A DNA stretch of 55,949 nucleotides, filler included, from Sphacelaria rigidula (lineage: Eukaryota): the NCBI GenBank assembly GCA_964200075.2. It is 3 parts of 3 records of this genome, joined end to end, with 100 filler letters (N's around TTAATTAATTAA, not from the genome) between each part and the next. Parts side by side here need not be neighbours in the genome. Positions count along the whole stretch, not along the records: positions 1 to 18,584 come from CAXNAA020000832.1; 2 more parts are not named here. One strand, given 5' to 3'. This document shows, piece by piece, positions 1 to 13,885 of the stretch. A program made the translations under genes and the position numbers. Each line of letters opens with the position of its first letter. Within the stretch, counting starts at the first letter, position 1. The notes below the pieces were generated by a model. That model made no database searches. It was not told the origin of the DNA and worked only from the letters and a program-made list of their open reading frames with translations.

Positions 1-697
1 AACCCGGCAGTAGGAATGCGAGGTCAATGACCTTATGACTATGGCATGCATGATCATGAGTACACCCCCCCCAAAAAAAAAAACGAAATGGCTGGTTTGG
101 GGAAGCAAAATCTACACGTAAATCGAGTGGAAAAAAGCTGAGCACAACGAACAGATCGGAATCCTCACCCTCGCGTTCGTTTTCGCCACTGTTGGCTGTA
201 CGAGGCGCTTCAAGTCGCCAGAAACCAGACATCAGATACTGTATGAACACTTTCTTCGCGACAGTTTCGGGCTGGTGTTTGTGTGTGGGGGGGGGGTATC
301 ATAAAGAGTGCCGAAGGGGGAGGGGAGGAAGGGGGCTTCGAGTCCGAAAACGTTCTCTCGACAGGCGCTTGGTAGACCATATATACTGTATATATACTAT
401 ATACTACCATGTACGGAGTATATATGAAAGCAGTACAATGCACACAGCAGGCAGGGTGGAACCATAGGAAGGTATCCGGATATAAAAGGGGCCCCATCAA
501 AATAGCGCAGAAACCGCAGCCCCCCGTCCCTCTCATCTACGCCAATGGGACCACGAGAAGAATCGCCATAAAAAAATGAGGGTTTTCGTTCTTCCGACTA
601 CAATTGCTGGGGGGGGGGGGCACGGCTCTTTGGGTTTAGTTGGTGGGTGCCCTTGGGATATATGTATGGTAACCCTATCTCTTGTTGCGACCGGTAT

Positions 698-1103
698 TCT
701 GTTCAATGCACCTGTTGTGCATCGAGGCATACTCCTTGTGTATGCAACATACAGCATGGTGGTACAAGTCCCGTATCAGGCTACTCCTACTGTACTGCAC
801 GGTGGCGTCCTGCTTGTTTTCTGGCTGCACGGCTGGGCGGGCCGCCGGCGCCTTTCGGGCCGAGCCGTGCTATTGCCGTTCTGCAGTTGTACATCGGCGT
901 TCTGTTCAACGCACATCTTATACACTGAGGCATGCACCTTGCGTATGCAACATACAGCAGCATGGTGGTACAAGTCCCGTATCAGGCTACTCCTACAGTA
1001 CTGCACGGTGACGTGCTGCCTGTTCCTTCGGTACACGGCCGGGCGGGGCGCCGGCGCCTTGCGAGCCGACTCGTGCTACTGCCGTTTGGTAGTACAGCTG
1101 TAG
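698..1103. repeat. Tandem duplication, two ~203-bp diverged units
   Basis: Units start TCTGTTCAA at 698 and 901 and share GCATGGTGGTACAAGTCCCGTATCAGGCTACTCCTAC. Confidence 0.85.
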
Positions 1104-4100
1104 ATTGCGTGCTGCCAAGATATCTTGCTGCACGACCGTGCCTTTATACTGTCTACATTCGGCCTGAGCTATATGAGTACTTTTGTGACATGTTTCCCTC
1201 GATGACCACAGTAGTCGAAGACAGGCGCGTCGGCGCTTGCTCCAGGTGAGCCACCCTCGCTTGGATATTGTCACCTGACGATCAGGACCATCTTCCGCGC
1301 CTGAAACCCTGAAAATAATTTATTATCTTCCATTTGCATCATAAACTCTGATCATCTTCTAATAAAAGCAGTAGTCTGTACACAGTATAATAACTACGGC
1401 AAAAAGGTAAAGGCGGCTCATATGCCCCTCGCTTCAACGCATCACATTCGCATATCGAGTATTATGCCGTTCATGATGTTCCTCCCAAACGTACAGCAAC
1501 CACGTGTTGTATACCGCCAGCGATCGATCGACCCGATCTCATCATGCAGGAAAAATGATCATCAAATGAAATCACCATCATTTGCTGCCACACCTCTGCC
1601 ATTCACGCAGCCTTCGTTATTTACTTGGCGCAAGTGGGGGTGGTATCGGGTTGGTACTTGAGGTATTAATACCCGGGGAAATTTCGATCAATCAAACGAC
1701 ATCTCAGCTACAATCGTTGCACAATTCCCACACGAAATTGCGTGAATAACGACACTCCATACTTCACCAAACTTCACCACCGTGCAGCCGGAGCGAAGGA
1801 TAACGACTAGGGGCTGTAGAGGAGAGATACCTGATGCTAGTGGGAAAGGTTTGTGAGATCAAGGGAAATTCACGTCGCTGTCCCATCTGGATGCGCAACG
1901 CACGGAGGTGAGGCCAAGTGAAGCTCCTCCTTGTGAGGTAGTGTAGTGGGTGGCAGACCATAACACCCGCATGCGATCAACTGCTCGGTCTCTCGTGACT
2001 AAAAGCCTGCGATGGGCACGTCGCGGAAATATGGGGTCTTGAAGAGATTTGTTTAATACAAATGGTGCAAGTTTGCATCAAGTTTGCAGAGAAATGTAGG
2101 ACCTGCCTTCTCGAGATAAGAGACGATAGAGAACTCATCGCCGCTAGAGGGGGTGATGTACCCCGTAATTTGTTTTTTCACCACATGCAGTGTGTTCCAT
2201 GGACAGACAGGTACAGTGCAGGACAGAGCAGCACCGTCTGCTAGGAGAAGTGACCGGTTCCGCCCGATTCAATAGCAGACAATGAACGCACTGGAATTCA
2301 AGTCGTCTACATACGCTGAATCGTTTTCTTCTTCATGATACTGGTCCGTACCTTCATACAACCTTGACTGCACTTCACTTGGGCATGTCGCGTGTTCCAC
2401 AACACGCTATAGCGTAAAGCTCTTGAATTACCAGCTCCTCCCTGTCGATGGATGAATGTCTTGCCTCCAGCCGTTCGGTTCGACCGTCCCGCCTCTACCG
2501 GCCGTCTCAGTCATTGCCGCGGCGTGAAGGGGACGGGGGAGTTGTGTGTAAGGGGTGCAAGTGCGGGCTATGACCTGTACTTTTGGTACAGACAGCGTGC
2601 ATGTACAGCGCAGCAATGCACGGCCTCGCACAACACAAAATATACACCGACCACCGTGTTTCTGGCTACCGTGGTCCAGAATGATGAACGAAGCGGCCGA
2701 TTAGTCGGAGGTAGTGCAAGGGGGGCTACAAGTCACAGGCCAGTCCGCCCCCGCCGCACCTCCTCCCCTCGCCGACTGTTCACAATGCTGAAAAGCCACG
2801 GCAGAGACGTCTTTTTCGTGTTCCTCGACAAGCCTTCGCAAGTGAACAGTGGCTTGACCACTCAGCGATCGCCGATGCGAGCGCTGCTAAAAAAAATAGG
2901 AGATTTCGTGTGTCAGTTCTATTGGTGGCCATGGGAGGGGGTGGCTCGACCACTGAATTATTAACTTCGACTGTCGCGGTGGATCAAAATAAGCACTTGA
3001 CTCCGGAGCCCTCAGCTGGACCCTATATCGACACCTCATGAAGAATATTAAAAACGGCCGGTTCCCCGTGAAATCATGCAAGTGAAGGGTTCGGGACGCC
3101 GCATTTCTGCGGGATGGGGTGTTACCGGGAGTAAGTGGGTGATATTGAAATACACTTTGAACCGAGAGAATCACAAAATAACATACTACTTGTTATCTGA
3201 ACGAAGCGTCTTGATTACCCCGACGGTTGCGCAGGAATCGAGCACAGATCAGTTACGTGCATCAAGCATGACATTTGCTCAGTTGACTCTGACTGATAGC
3301 AGTGCAGCCGCAGGCTCGTGGGCAAGTGCTTGATGACAGTCCGTAGTGCAACTTGGAGTAAATAAGAGCGATAGCGGAGAAAACGACGCGGTGCTTTCTC
3401 CTGTATTCTGCAAAGGCGACCCTCAGTGCCTCGCCGTCGACTTTTCGTTCCACAACACATCGCCCGATTAGTACTCAGGCAAAAAACGGCCTTTGGTCAG
3501 CGTCTGTGGGGTCGATGTCACTCCTCATCTCTTTTGCGCCGCCGTGTGCACAATAGTACCGGTCTCTATTGACGGCAGACTGCTGGAGTGCTGTGACAGG
3601 AAACAGGCCAGCCATTTTGACATCCAACGTAGGCAGTACTACACCGTACTGTCTGTACTGTGGGTTGCTTCAATCTCAGGTATATGGTTGCACATATCCC
3701 AGGGAACTATCAGCCGAAATACGCTTCCGAAACGAGGCCCGCCGCAGAAAGGGTTAATCATTCACCCCGCTGTGTGTCACATGCCCAACAGTACCAAAAA
3801 CAGACCAATACCCACTCGTAGTTGTCATCAGTACTGCACCCACCATGTTGGTCGTGGGTGTAGTAGTTATTATGCTGGATATGTGGTACACTTCGTAATT
3901 AATACCAACCAGCGTAGATATATTCTACTTCCACCATGGCTAGTTAATGCCTCCGCTTGCCTCCAATTGGCCGGCCTGTACGCACACCCGATGTTCTATT
4001 GCAATACTGTACGACGCACAGGAAGGAAGAGGGGGCTTGTGTGCCCTCGGTGTTGCTGAGACAGAAGTAATTTGCGACTGAATTTGAGTAAAATATTGGA

Positions 4101-7100
4101 TTAGGTAGACCCGAACACAACGCAAAAATTTAATCAGGGGGGTCATGTCTGCCTGCTGCAGTGTTCTCTGACTCTGCGGCGTGTTTGCATTTCGACTCGG
4201 CTTCTGTGTGGTACTTTCAGTGACCTTCAAAGATCCTGGTGGAGATCTTGAAAATGGACCCTATTCAAGGAGCTGTGGGTTCTTTTTTCCCGTCGATCCT
4301 TCTGTAAGTCCTGTGGGGGTTGGCGAATGTATACGTGATGTATCTCGTCACATGATTGTTCGAACATGGGTGGTGCCCCAGTATTCAGTGTAAATTTCAT
4401 AAACGATAACATATTTGTATACCCATACTCCGATATCCTCGCAGCGCAACAATTCCAACTACGAAGGTGAAAACAATTGATGAGACACGCCGGCAAAATC
4501 GACCAAAAACACCGGCAGCCACAGCATGCACAACGGGGGAGCATCACTCCCGACAGCTGCAAGAGCGGGTAGACTTCCAAGCCCATCTCATCCTGCGCGA
4601 CCTTCCATTGCGTTGTGCGTGTCGATAATGACAGCATCATCGACTGAAAGGCATGCTTCACATCTCTGTCAACTCAACACAGCGCGCTGCTCCATATCGA
4701 CACATGACAAAAAAACAGTACCATCGAGTACTTTGGCAGCCATACCACTACATCCCACGCTGGTCCGCGATTCCCCGTACTTGCTCACCGCCTTATCCAT
4801 AACCGAATTTGGTGTGAACGAGCACCTGTACTTTAAACCGCCGCATTGGGCTTGTCCACGCGTTGAACAACGGGAATGGGGTAACACGGAGATGAATGGA
4901 AAAAGGTCGTTAGCAGACTGGGGTAGCGTTTACAAAAATGGGTATTAAAACCACAGGATGGAGGAACAGCCGATGTTTTGACAGTGTGGCGTAAAGTGCT
5001 GTGTGTGGCACATGGAATGAATATCGCAGGATCACTGTGGTACAAGACATGCGGTAAATTCATTGTCAAATCAACATATTGTGCTTTCCGTGGTATTTGA
5101 AACCCTCGGTGCCCTACGGCGGTAAATCATGGCTTCTTGGCATGCCCATGCCCGACCTACACTGTAGCGAAGTAATCGTGTTCGCGTTGGTAGTGAGGGA
5201 GTCAATTGTGACCCCGATGGTTAGGAATGTATCCGGGATAAACACACATAGGAGCAGGTAGGGTGCAAAAACCGCGTAGGACGATGCCGCTGTTTTCAAG
5301 TGAAGTGGCAGCACTGCCGTAGGGTACAGTATAGGATCCTTCGAAGCTGACGGGTGCGATGTCTAGAGTTCCTTCGCAAATGTATCCTTGGAATACCTAT
5401 GGCGAAGATGAAGGATCAAGCAGATGAAGGCAACCCATCGAGCGCTCACGTTGTATCATCCCCTTGGGATCTGGGGCTCTTATCACACCACCGCGTTAGC
5501 AGGGTGTACAGCTATATGTTCGTTTATTGAACCTTCCTATTGAACTAATCATTTTGTGGGAGGCGAGTCACCAAGTCGGCAGCGACCAAAATCCTTTCTG
5601 TTGCGTCAGTTCCACTCTGTAGAAAATCGTCCCCAGTAACGGATGGCTCTCTGCACTTCACACCATGAAAGGTGCAGTTGAGATCTTTAGTGGCAGAAAT
5701 GAGTGGATCTAAGTATCTAACCTACGATCTACATACTCGGAGTGAGACGCGTCGTTCCCTTGATACCACGGACTCGTCCCGAGGAAACGGGAGGGTTAGA
5801 TGGTGAGACACACAAATGCATAATTTTGCTCCACCCAAGTCTTGAAGTGCATCGCCTAGTCTCCGACCTCTCCTGAGTTGTTGCTGCCACACACCATAAG
5901 CGGGTAGTACATCAGAAACAGCACTGACGCGACGACTGAGTACTGAGGTAATGGCAGAATTCACCGTACTACACACCTGCGTGCCACCTCAAGCCATGGC
6001 TGGCAGCAAGGGGTTATGGACAGAAGTCGCCACGTACCGTGCATACACTGTTGAGCACATGAGTACCGCTGGTACACCATCTGCGTAGTGTTTTACGGCT
6101 CAGCTCGAGCCCTTTCTATGAAACCTGTCATGATGAAAATGATCCATTTGACAAGACAAGTACCGTGATATCCCTTCATCATCTGAACATTACCGGTCCA
6201 ACATGAGAGAAATCGTTGCCCGATGAACGCCAGCGCAAACGACATATGTCGGACGAAACATCACGCCACGTGCGTTTGAAGAATTTAGCCTCATGTAAGC
6301 ACCTACGGTTGACATAGCAGCTACCATGGCTTGAATTCCACCGAATTTGTGTACGTGTTGTCCCACGTGATATCGCATGTAGTGATACATTATACCACTG
6401 TAGAACAATATGCGCAGGAAGTCGTCTACTTTGGAGGATTGTGATTCAATTCATCCCTCAGAAAGCTTGGAGCGTGTGTTACAAAACTCAACATGATGGT
6501 CAGTAAGACGACACGCCCTAAAAAGCGTCCACCTACGATATGAAAATGTGGATGAACGCCCATAGAGGACTTGGTCATTTCATTTCACACCTTATGGAGA
6601 CACGCTTATTGTCGTCCGTGTGTATTTCCGACTCGCCATTGTCACAAACGTTCGCTGCTGCCCCGACGTCATGCTGGGAAATCCATCAATCGGTTGGATG
6701 CGTCGGCATACAGATTAGCATATCATAAATAGGACTGCGCTATCCTGTGCTGTACTGCTGTACTGTGACCGAAATGGGAAGCGAGCCGCACTGACTGCGC
6801 GCTATTGCTGCAGCGCATAATTGACTTCGAGCATATGTGTCATTGTCCGTACTCACGGCCAGTGCTTATAATGCACTCTCGGTCATTCGCAAAATCCAGA
6901 CCCCAGAAGGTTTCGCTGCCATACTAATCACCAATTACCACGGTCAATCTGACCAGAGTATTTACGAAAATACGAAATACGAATAGATGAGAAATGCGAA
7001 AAGTAAGGGAGCGACAGTAGTCAAGAAATAGAGATTCAGCTAGTACTACGAATATGTTCTGAACCAACATCACGTTTTGTAGGGCGTTTTTTTTTCCTTT

Positions 7101-9101
7101 GTTCAAGGTTTTTCAAGAGCCCCGTCGGCACAGGTATAGTAGTCACTTTTCGTCTTTCCTCTTGCTACTGTGCCAAAGCCTGTACCCTCACAATCCGCAA
7201 TCCCTCAGACATAGCCACAAACAGAGCCACCTCTCTTATGTTTGGCACCCAAACACTTCCTGGGGCAGCATGTAACGTCTTGGGACATGAGGTGCACCTT
7301 GACCTTCATACTGCTGCCGTTGGTGACAAAGGCCCCAAACGTCCCCACCAGGGCGCGAATAAGGGGGAAACTTGAACCCCATCACGAAGGGCAGCAGCAT
7401 GATGGCCAGGGTCCAGGCGCTCTCCGGAGATGTGAAGTGCTTCTTCAGCAGGCTGTGGACTGTGAGGACGTCGGGTATATGGTCACAGCGGCATGAAAGC
7501 ACGAAACATTCACCACATACATCAGTGGGATGGATGCTTGAAAGGAAGGCGACCGAGGGGACAGAGATCCACACGGCTAATGGTGGTGGCCTACAGACAC
7601 GCGTTCGTCATCATCCTGGAAGAAGGAACCAGCGCGCCTCCTTGGCCTTGTCGCTCAAATTGTGGTCGTCCACCTCCGCTGAATCCCCGTTCCCGCACAC
7701 CGAGTCGTCCATTGTTGTATAGCGCGGATCCAGGTAGAGAGCAAGGATTTCCACGGCGGTAGCAACCACGTTGACTTCGCGACCCTTGGGCTGCTCGATG
7801 CAGACAGATACCGCCTTTGCACTGAGGCCTGGAGGTCATCGACGCACTCCAGCTAGTGGACCGGCGGCTCCCCCTTCCCCGTCGAGGCCTCCCTCACCTT
7901 TTGAAGTCGACCATTCCCACCTCTGCAGAGGCGAGGATGTCAACCAGCTGGTGTAACAGGTAGATGGTTCGGCTGAGGACGCTGTCAGTGCCGCCCTGGA
8001 TACCAATCGTCACTCGCTCCGCGTACCCCACCACGCAGCAGATCTCCTCCACGACCACCCAGTCGGTCGGCGAGAGCCCGCGGTGCGCATTATGGTTTTT
8101 TTCTCGGAGGTACTAGGCGATAGACTTCTCGAGGGTGATCAAACGTACCAAACTCGCAAGCTGCGAAGCCCACCTGGCATTCCTTGTGGCGTACACACGC
8201 GTGGGTGAACGACGAGACAGCCATGAGCAACGTTTCCTTTTTGTATGTTGACAACGCATTGATTAAATTGATGTTCTCACGTTTTCTGATTCCCGACGAA
8301 TAGCTGTGGTCGCAAGGCGGACGACTTCAAGGTAGAGAAAGCGATGAAAATGAAAAATTAAACCCCACGAGGGAACATGTACACAACCGCTCTAATAATA
8401 GGAGGACAAAAAAAGACGGGATGAACCCGGCACACGGAAACACCCGGCAAAAAACAAGAAGCGCACACAACACAACGACAACTTAAACTGAAAGATATCA
8501 CAGAATAACCTCGAACGTCACATGCTTCTTCCTGTAGTGAAGCTGACCTGGTGTCATGGGCCCTCACTAGGTTCAGTATGTCGAACTTGATACTCTTCAA
8601 GTTGATCAGTTCCTCGCTACACAAAGTCATCTCTTTCGTCCTCCCCAGGAACTCGCTTTGTGCCAGAGTGATGCCCGCAGCCTCCGCGGCCATGGTTTCC
8701 GCATCTTCCTTCACCTTTTGCTCCTTAACTTTGGGCTGGACTGCTCGCAGAGCATCGTTGTTGACAGCAGAATGGCTGAACACGTCGACCAACGCGGCAG
8801 CCCTGTGGATTAGCTCCTTCATGTCCTTGTTCTGGCACCTACCGGCTGAGCCGGCGATCCCGAGCATCCACATCACAGCCGAGTTGATCCAGTGGGCGCG
8901 GCAAAGAAGTACGGGGGCGTCGAGAGATATTCAGGCGTCAGCCGCGTTTCCCCCCTGGTCGACTGTCGCTGCCACGAGCACATGTTTCGGTGTGACGTTG
9001 TCGATTGAGGACCTAAACGTGTCTGCGGTCACGCGCGGGAATTGCACCCAACAGCAGGGGGACAAATGGAGGCATTTTCATGTTTTTGATGGATCCTTGT
9101 A

Positions 9102-9370
9102 TCCAAGCTCGTGTTCTGTAGGGTACGGTTTTCTGTGAAATATGCCGGGTGTATTCTCCCGGGTATTCACCGTACCCGACAGTTCTGTGACTTCTGTAAA
9201 ACTTCCATACCGGTACCCGACAGTTCTGTACTCGCTGCAAGACTTCCATACCCTTACCCGATACTCCTGTGAGCTCTGAAAGCTTCCTGTATCGTTACCG
9301 GGGGACACAGGTGTGTTTTCGATAAGACACCCGCTGCGGGTACGGTTTTCCTCTCAACCTCTAAATACCT

Positions 9371-9407
<37 letters not shown>

Positions 9408-9985
9408 CTTCACATTAAAAAACCGTTCCGATATCTTCGCGGTACATTCGTACTGGGTATCTGATGCGGACGCCTTCCGTGGCCACAGGCTAGAAAAATA
9501 AGAACAAAATAGACGCAGATTAGAACTCACAAAACGCGATACAAGCAAAAACAGGGATAAAGAATGAAGAAGAAAGAAAACACATATCGCTGACCTCAGA
9601 AGATCCTGTGCCGCAGGTGGCCATTCGGACTTCGGGGGGTGGCACACGGCTTCTAACACCCTACCCGTCAATATCTGTATGTTCTGTAAGCCTCCTATAC
9701 CCTTTACCGACGGTTCTGCGAGTTACGTACATTGTGTACCCGTACCCGGAGCGCGAATATGCTCTTGGTGAAATACCGGATTTCTGGTACGGTTTTTCTG
9801 TAAGCCTCCCATACGCGTACTCGACAAGTTCTGTGATTTCTGCAAGACTTTCGTCCAGTACCGGTACCCGACAGTTCTGTGAGCTCTGTACGACTTTCAT
9901 TCCGATCCCCGACATTTCTGTAAGTTCTGTAAGGAATCTCATGCCCTGCAGACCGTAGTCGTACCCTACAGAATACAACCTTGGA
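9102..9985. mobile_element. MITE with ~27-bp TIRs and TA flanks (Tc1/mariner-type), inside an intron of the hAT pseudogene
   Basis: TA|TCCAAGCTCGTGTTCTGTAGGGTACG ... CGTACCCTACAGAATACAACCTTGGA|TA; internal degenerate ~40-bp GTACCCGACAGTTCTGT repeats. Confidence 0.8.
9371..9650 (-). mobile_element. 5'-truncated retroposon 3' end with a (CAA)n tail, nested in the MITE
   Basis: (TTG)n run at 9371-9406 followed by A-rich UTR-like sequence that interrupts the MITE internal repeats. Confidence 0.55.
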
Positions 9986-10879
9986 TATATTGGTTTCTGA
10001 TATATTTTGGTGGTGTTCATGTACAAAAATAAGTTACTTTTTGTGATTTAAATTGTTGGATTGGCAAGGTGGAGCAGGCCGGCAAGCTGACGTTTGTATC
10101 TACACCACTGATCATACTCTATACCATCGTTGAGAAAAAGACTAATAATATAATCACGGCGAATAACCTGACTGCTGGCCTTGTCTCCGCAGCAGCACTA
10201 GAACGGGCGCAAAGCATGAAAAGCGAACCAATCGCAACTGCAGACGATGAAGCTGTGGATGAACTTCGAATTTCGAATTTTGAACTCACAGTATAGGCCG
10301 TTCCCTTCGGTTTTGTGTTTAATGTTTGGTTGGGCTCGTACAGTAGTAGGCGGTCTGACTATTATTTTGTGGCATTTTGTAATTTTTCGTAAGTGGCGAT
10401 TTCCTTGGGCTCTTTTCGCTTCCCACCGCTCATCACATTGGTGATATTCTATCTGCACCACATTCCAATAAAAAAAACATTTCTACTCGATATTCAGTGG
10501 CCTACAGGCTGACCGGTCATCGGGAGTCCTGCCACGTTTCAGCTCAAATTCTCACTCTTCGGTATTTTCGGTCGATCGAATCTGTCCCGATCATATTTGT
10601 GAGAAAAAAGCACAGTATGAATTTTTGAAAATTTCACCGACTCATTGGATTATAAAGCCGAAAAACTGTGTTCCATGGTCAATAACGCCCTCCTGATAAA
10701 CGGGATATTTACTCGTATCGCCCGATAACACCAACTAACACTGACTTGGGCACCATGTTTCGAGGATGATCTGTTGAATGTACGAAAATCTACCGACGCT
10801 AGCAATTTCGACTTCTATCGAAGAGCAGTACGCGAGGAAAATCCCGAAACACCCCTGAACGGTTAAAACGCTCACTACT

Positions 10880-11290
10880 GTACTTTCCACTTTTGGGATA
10901 TTTGACAACGGTTTGATCCCGAACAGGGAGAATCACCACCACACGTCTTGGACACTTTGCATCACCCCACCGGGAGGAGTCTACCCGACGTTTCGAATTC
11001 GCTTGGGTCAGTGATTTCGAGAGTGGCCCCTGCACAAAAAAAATAGTGAAAAATCAAATGCGGTGTCTGTAGTGCGATCCTCAGAAGAAATGCCTCCAGA
11101 CACCGCATTTGATTTTGTATTCGTATTTTTGTCTAGAGGCCGCTCTCAAAATCGCTGACCCAAGCGACTTGGAAAAATGAGGTGGATTCCTCTCGGTGGG
11201 GTGATGCAAAGTGTCCAAGACGTGTGGGGACGGGATTTCCCCTGTTCGGGGATCAAAAACCTTACCAAATGTCCGGAAAGTGGAAAATAC
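10880..11290. repeat. ~410-bp foldback (long imperfect palindrome, MITE-like)
   Basis: Arms 10880-11069 and 11097-11290 are reverse complements, e.g. CACACGTCTTGGACACTTTGCATCACCCCACCG / CGGTGGGGTGATGCAAAGTGTCCAAGACGTGTG. Confidence 0.85.
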
Positions 11291-12811
11291 GAGCCCAACT
11301 AAATATAGAATACAAGCCCGAGGAAACGGCCTCATGAATGTGTTCTGGAAAACATGAAGAAGGTGAAGAACAAAACTCACCCGGAACACGGCTAGTTTTA
11401 CCGCCGAGTATTTTGTACGCAATATATCTAGTTCCCTCACCTCTTTGGTATACCGTGGCACGACGGCTTCCTTGTGAGTGCCAGGAAACGAGCGTTTTTC
11501 CAAACTGACGTGCTCCACATCGGTGCTGTCCGAAAAACACCAGTGAGAGATGCTGTGCAGAAGTCTTGGTTGACCACAGTAGTCAGATTAAGCTGCAGGC
11601 TGCGGAAGCCCCCGGTTTGTGCGATCTTGCGGTCTCTTCATGGCTGTCTTGAGGGCCCCGACAACGTCATCCTTTACTTCTGAGGTTAGGTCGTCGAGGA
11701 GCTTGTTGAGCGTCGATTACCCCGGCGTAATCCGGCGCAAACTCCGCGATGAGCATCCTGACACCGACATCGTCGAGAGATGCCCACGGTCGACCGTTGA
11801 CGCACCGTATGACGAGCTTGCGGTGCAGGTGCTTCGAGTCTTCCGTTGTGAACAGCGGCCGCACGCTGCTCAAAATAGAAAAATATTTCTTTCCAGAGCT
11901 CTGCTCTCCTGCAGTTGGGCACACGATAACACAGGGAGACAAGAACATACAAAATGTATAGAAAGGAGTTCGAGTGTCGTGGGGGGTGAAGCGTGCGAGT
12001 ATGCATAATATGTTGTCCTGATAAGTAGAAAACAAAACACTCAAAAATACAAAATTGGCGTTTTCGCGGGGAAAAAGTGGAATAAAAGGATGAACGCAGG
12101 ATTTGAACCAGCAGGGTAGGAGGATGTATATGCATAATATTCTATAAAAGTACATTGCAGTATATTCGAAACGGTACACAATCAATGACTCCAAACCAAA
12201 AATACTGAACTCCAGTACAACAGTCTCTAGTACAAGAGTACACTAGTAAAAAGAAGAAGTAAAACATACACCACACGATACATGTACGGTATTATCGTTG
12301 GTGCAGATAGAGTACAGCCGCACTGTATGTCTGCACTACAGAGCCATAGCACAGTACAGTACAGTATAGTAGTACAACGGGAGTAACATTATCGTACGAT
12401 ACACACCCTTGTATCATTCAGTTGTACACTGCGGTATGTTTTTATTTTGACGACCGCGGTTCTGAAAAAAACAAAATGGCTGATATGTAGACAAAACACA
12501 CAAACTCTGTACACCCAGTACAAAACACACGATACTTCTCAGTTTGTAGTACGTACCCTTCAGCTAACTTGTCTCCTGTTACAAGTGTTCGGAGCACAGC
12601 CGCCGCAAGGTTAAGTGTAGTACGGGACGTAGCACAGTTCACTAGACCTATTCTCCGAGCACTGTTACACAAGCATTGTAACTTGTAACAGCGCCGTACC
12701 GCCACACAAAATTGCCTACCGCAGACAAAACAAAAGGGGGGGAGAAGTAACCGCTACTGGCATCATTACTGCGGTATTGTTTCGGCGTTCAGTTGTTCTG
12801 CCGCCCACTCA

Positions 12812-12844
12812 CATCACACGCACGCACACACACACAAACATGCA

Positions 12845-12887
<43 letters not shown>
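12812..12887. repeat. (CA)n microsatellite
   Basis: Direct reading. Confidence 0.95.
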
Positions 12888-12889
<2 letters not shown>

Positions 12890-13569
12890 GTTGCTGATGG
12901 GGCTCTCTGGAGTATATGCTCGCCGCCATATACAACTTTTACGTGATTTCGTGATTTCTCTTCATGTGGTTCGGCATGACGCACGTTCTTATTGGACACG
13001 TATCTCATAAGGTAGCACCGGTCTCCCTTCGACGCCAAGACTCGGCAGATGACCGTTAGACAAGGCAGGCGAGAATTGGGTCACGTACTTCCAAAGCAGT
13101 GACACAGTACCCGACTTCGTGTGACGACCTTCAACTTCTTCCGCTCGTTTTGCACGATGATTAATGATCGTGTCGGCCACGGGGCAGGCGAGTCGTCGGT
13201 ACTGCCGTTTGCCATTTCGGTAGATGCTGCAGCTGTAGGCAACGGCCGAGATTGGCTGGAAGCTGCGGCACCCCTAGTTGAAGACCTGCCGACGTCCCCC
13301 CTGGATCCATGTCATGTACTTACTGCACGTGACCGTGAGGTGAACGGTTACGTCACGCCCGATCTCTTCTATCGATATGAATGCAGATAACTGTGGTTTT
13401 TTTATATTGATGTGCTGCAACGAAGACTTGCAATGTGTGCTGTGGCGCGGGGCGCGCGAACTGGCTGAAATAGTTTGTCCTATATCATGGTCATGAAACC
13501 TCACTCGTGCTCATTGAAGCACAATCTGTTACGATTTCAAAGTTGATTGCAAACTTGAAGTGTGCACCG

Positions 13570-13885
13570 CTTCATGTAACGTGTTTACGACGTTTAATGT
13601 AACGTGTACGGTCTAATGTACGTGTAAGGTCTAATACACGTTACACGTTCCAAAAAACGTTTCATATTACGTGTTTTGAAGGTTTGGACTGCTAGACGTT
13701 CACGTTACGTTTCGTTTGGCACGTTAAACACTTCACGTCACCTTAACGTGCTCTTTGAAGTCTTGACGATTTTGCTACGTTACGGTCATCGTGTAGGAAA
13801 ACTTGACCGTTCACGTTACGTTACGGCCGAAACGTGACGTGAACGTAACGTGTAATGCTGTACCACGTGTAACATGTATAGCCCT
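13570..13885. repeat. ACGT-dense subterminal region ending in a hAT-like terminus (TATAGCCCTG); probable solo end of a non-autonomous element
   Basis: Very high density of ACGT/TAACGT/CACGT. The end reads CAGGGCTATA on the minus strand. No partner end found. Confidence 0.5.

Larger units (their letters stand above)
7236..11908 (-). pseudogene. Degenerate hAT-superfamily DDE transposase with spliceosomal introns
   Basis: Segments 11908-11441 (RPWASLDDVGVRMLIAEFAPDY; QLNLTT; RSFPGTH), ~9030-8548 (ATVDQGGN; CRAH = CxxH; HDTR) and 8173-~7240 (W completing DTRW; LSPTDW; TIGIQGG). In-frame stops at 8931-8933 and 8113-8115, plus frameshifts. TIRs not found. Confidence 0.85.

Noticed and set aside
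576-1103. 175-aa ORF and overlapping ORFs
   Set aside because: Products of the tandem duplication with no recognisable protein features.
1100-6800. Host gene exons in contig 1 (also 15200-18500)
   Set aside because: Several exon-like open stretches exist on both strands, but no recognisable motif or consistent splice chain.
13188-13339. Plus-strand exon ending LDPCHVLTARDRE, resembling a PI3K helical-domain start
   Set aside because: No following PI3K exons were found, and the opposite strand is equally open.
6860-13885. TIR pair delimiting the hAT element
   Set aside because: Candidate CAG.. / ..CTG ends matched at most 7 bp and had no 8-bp TSD.
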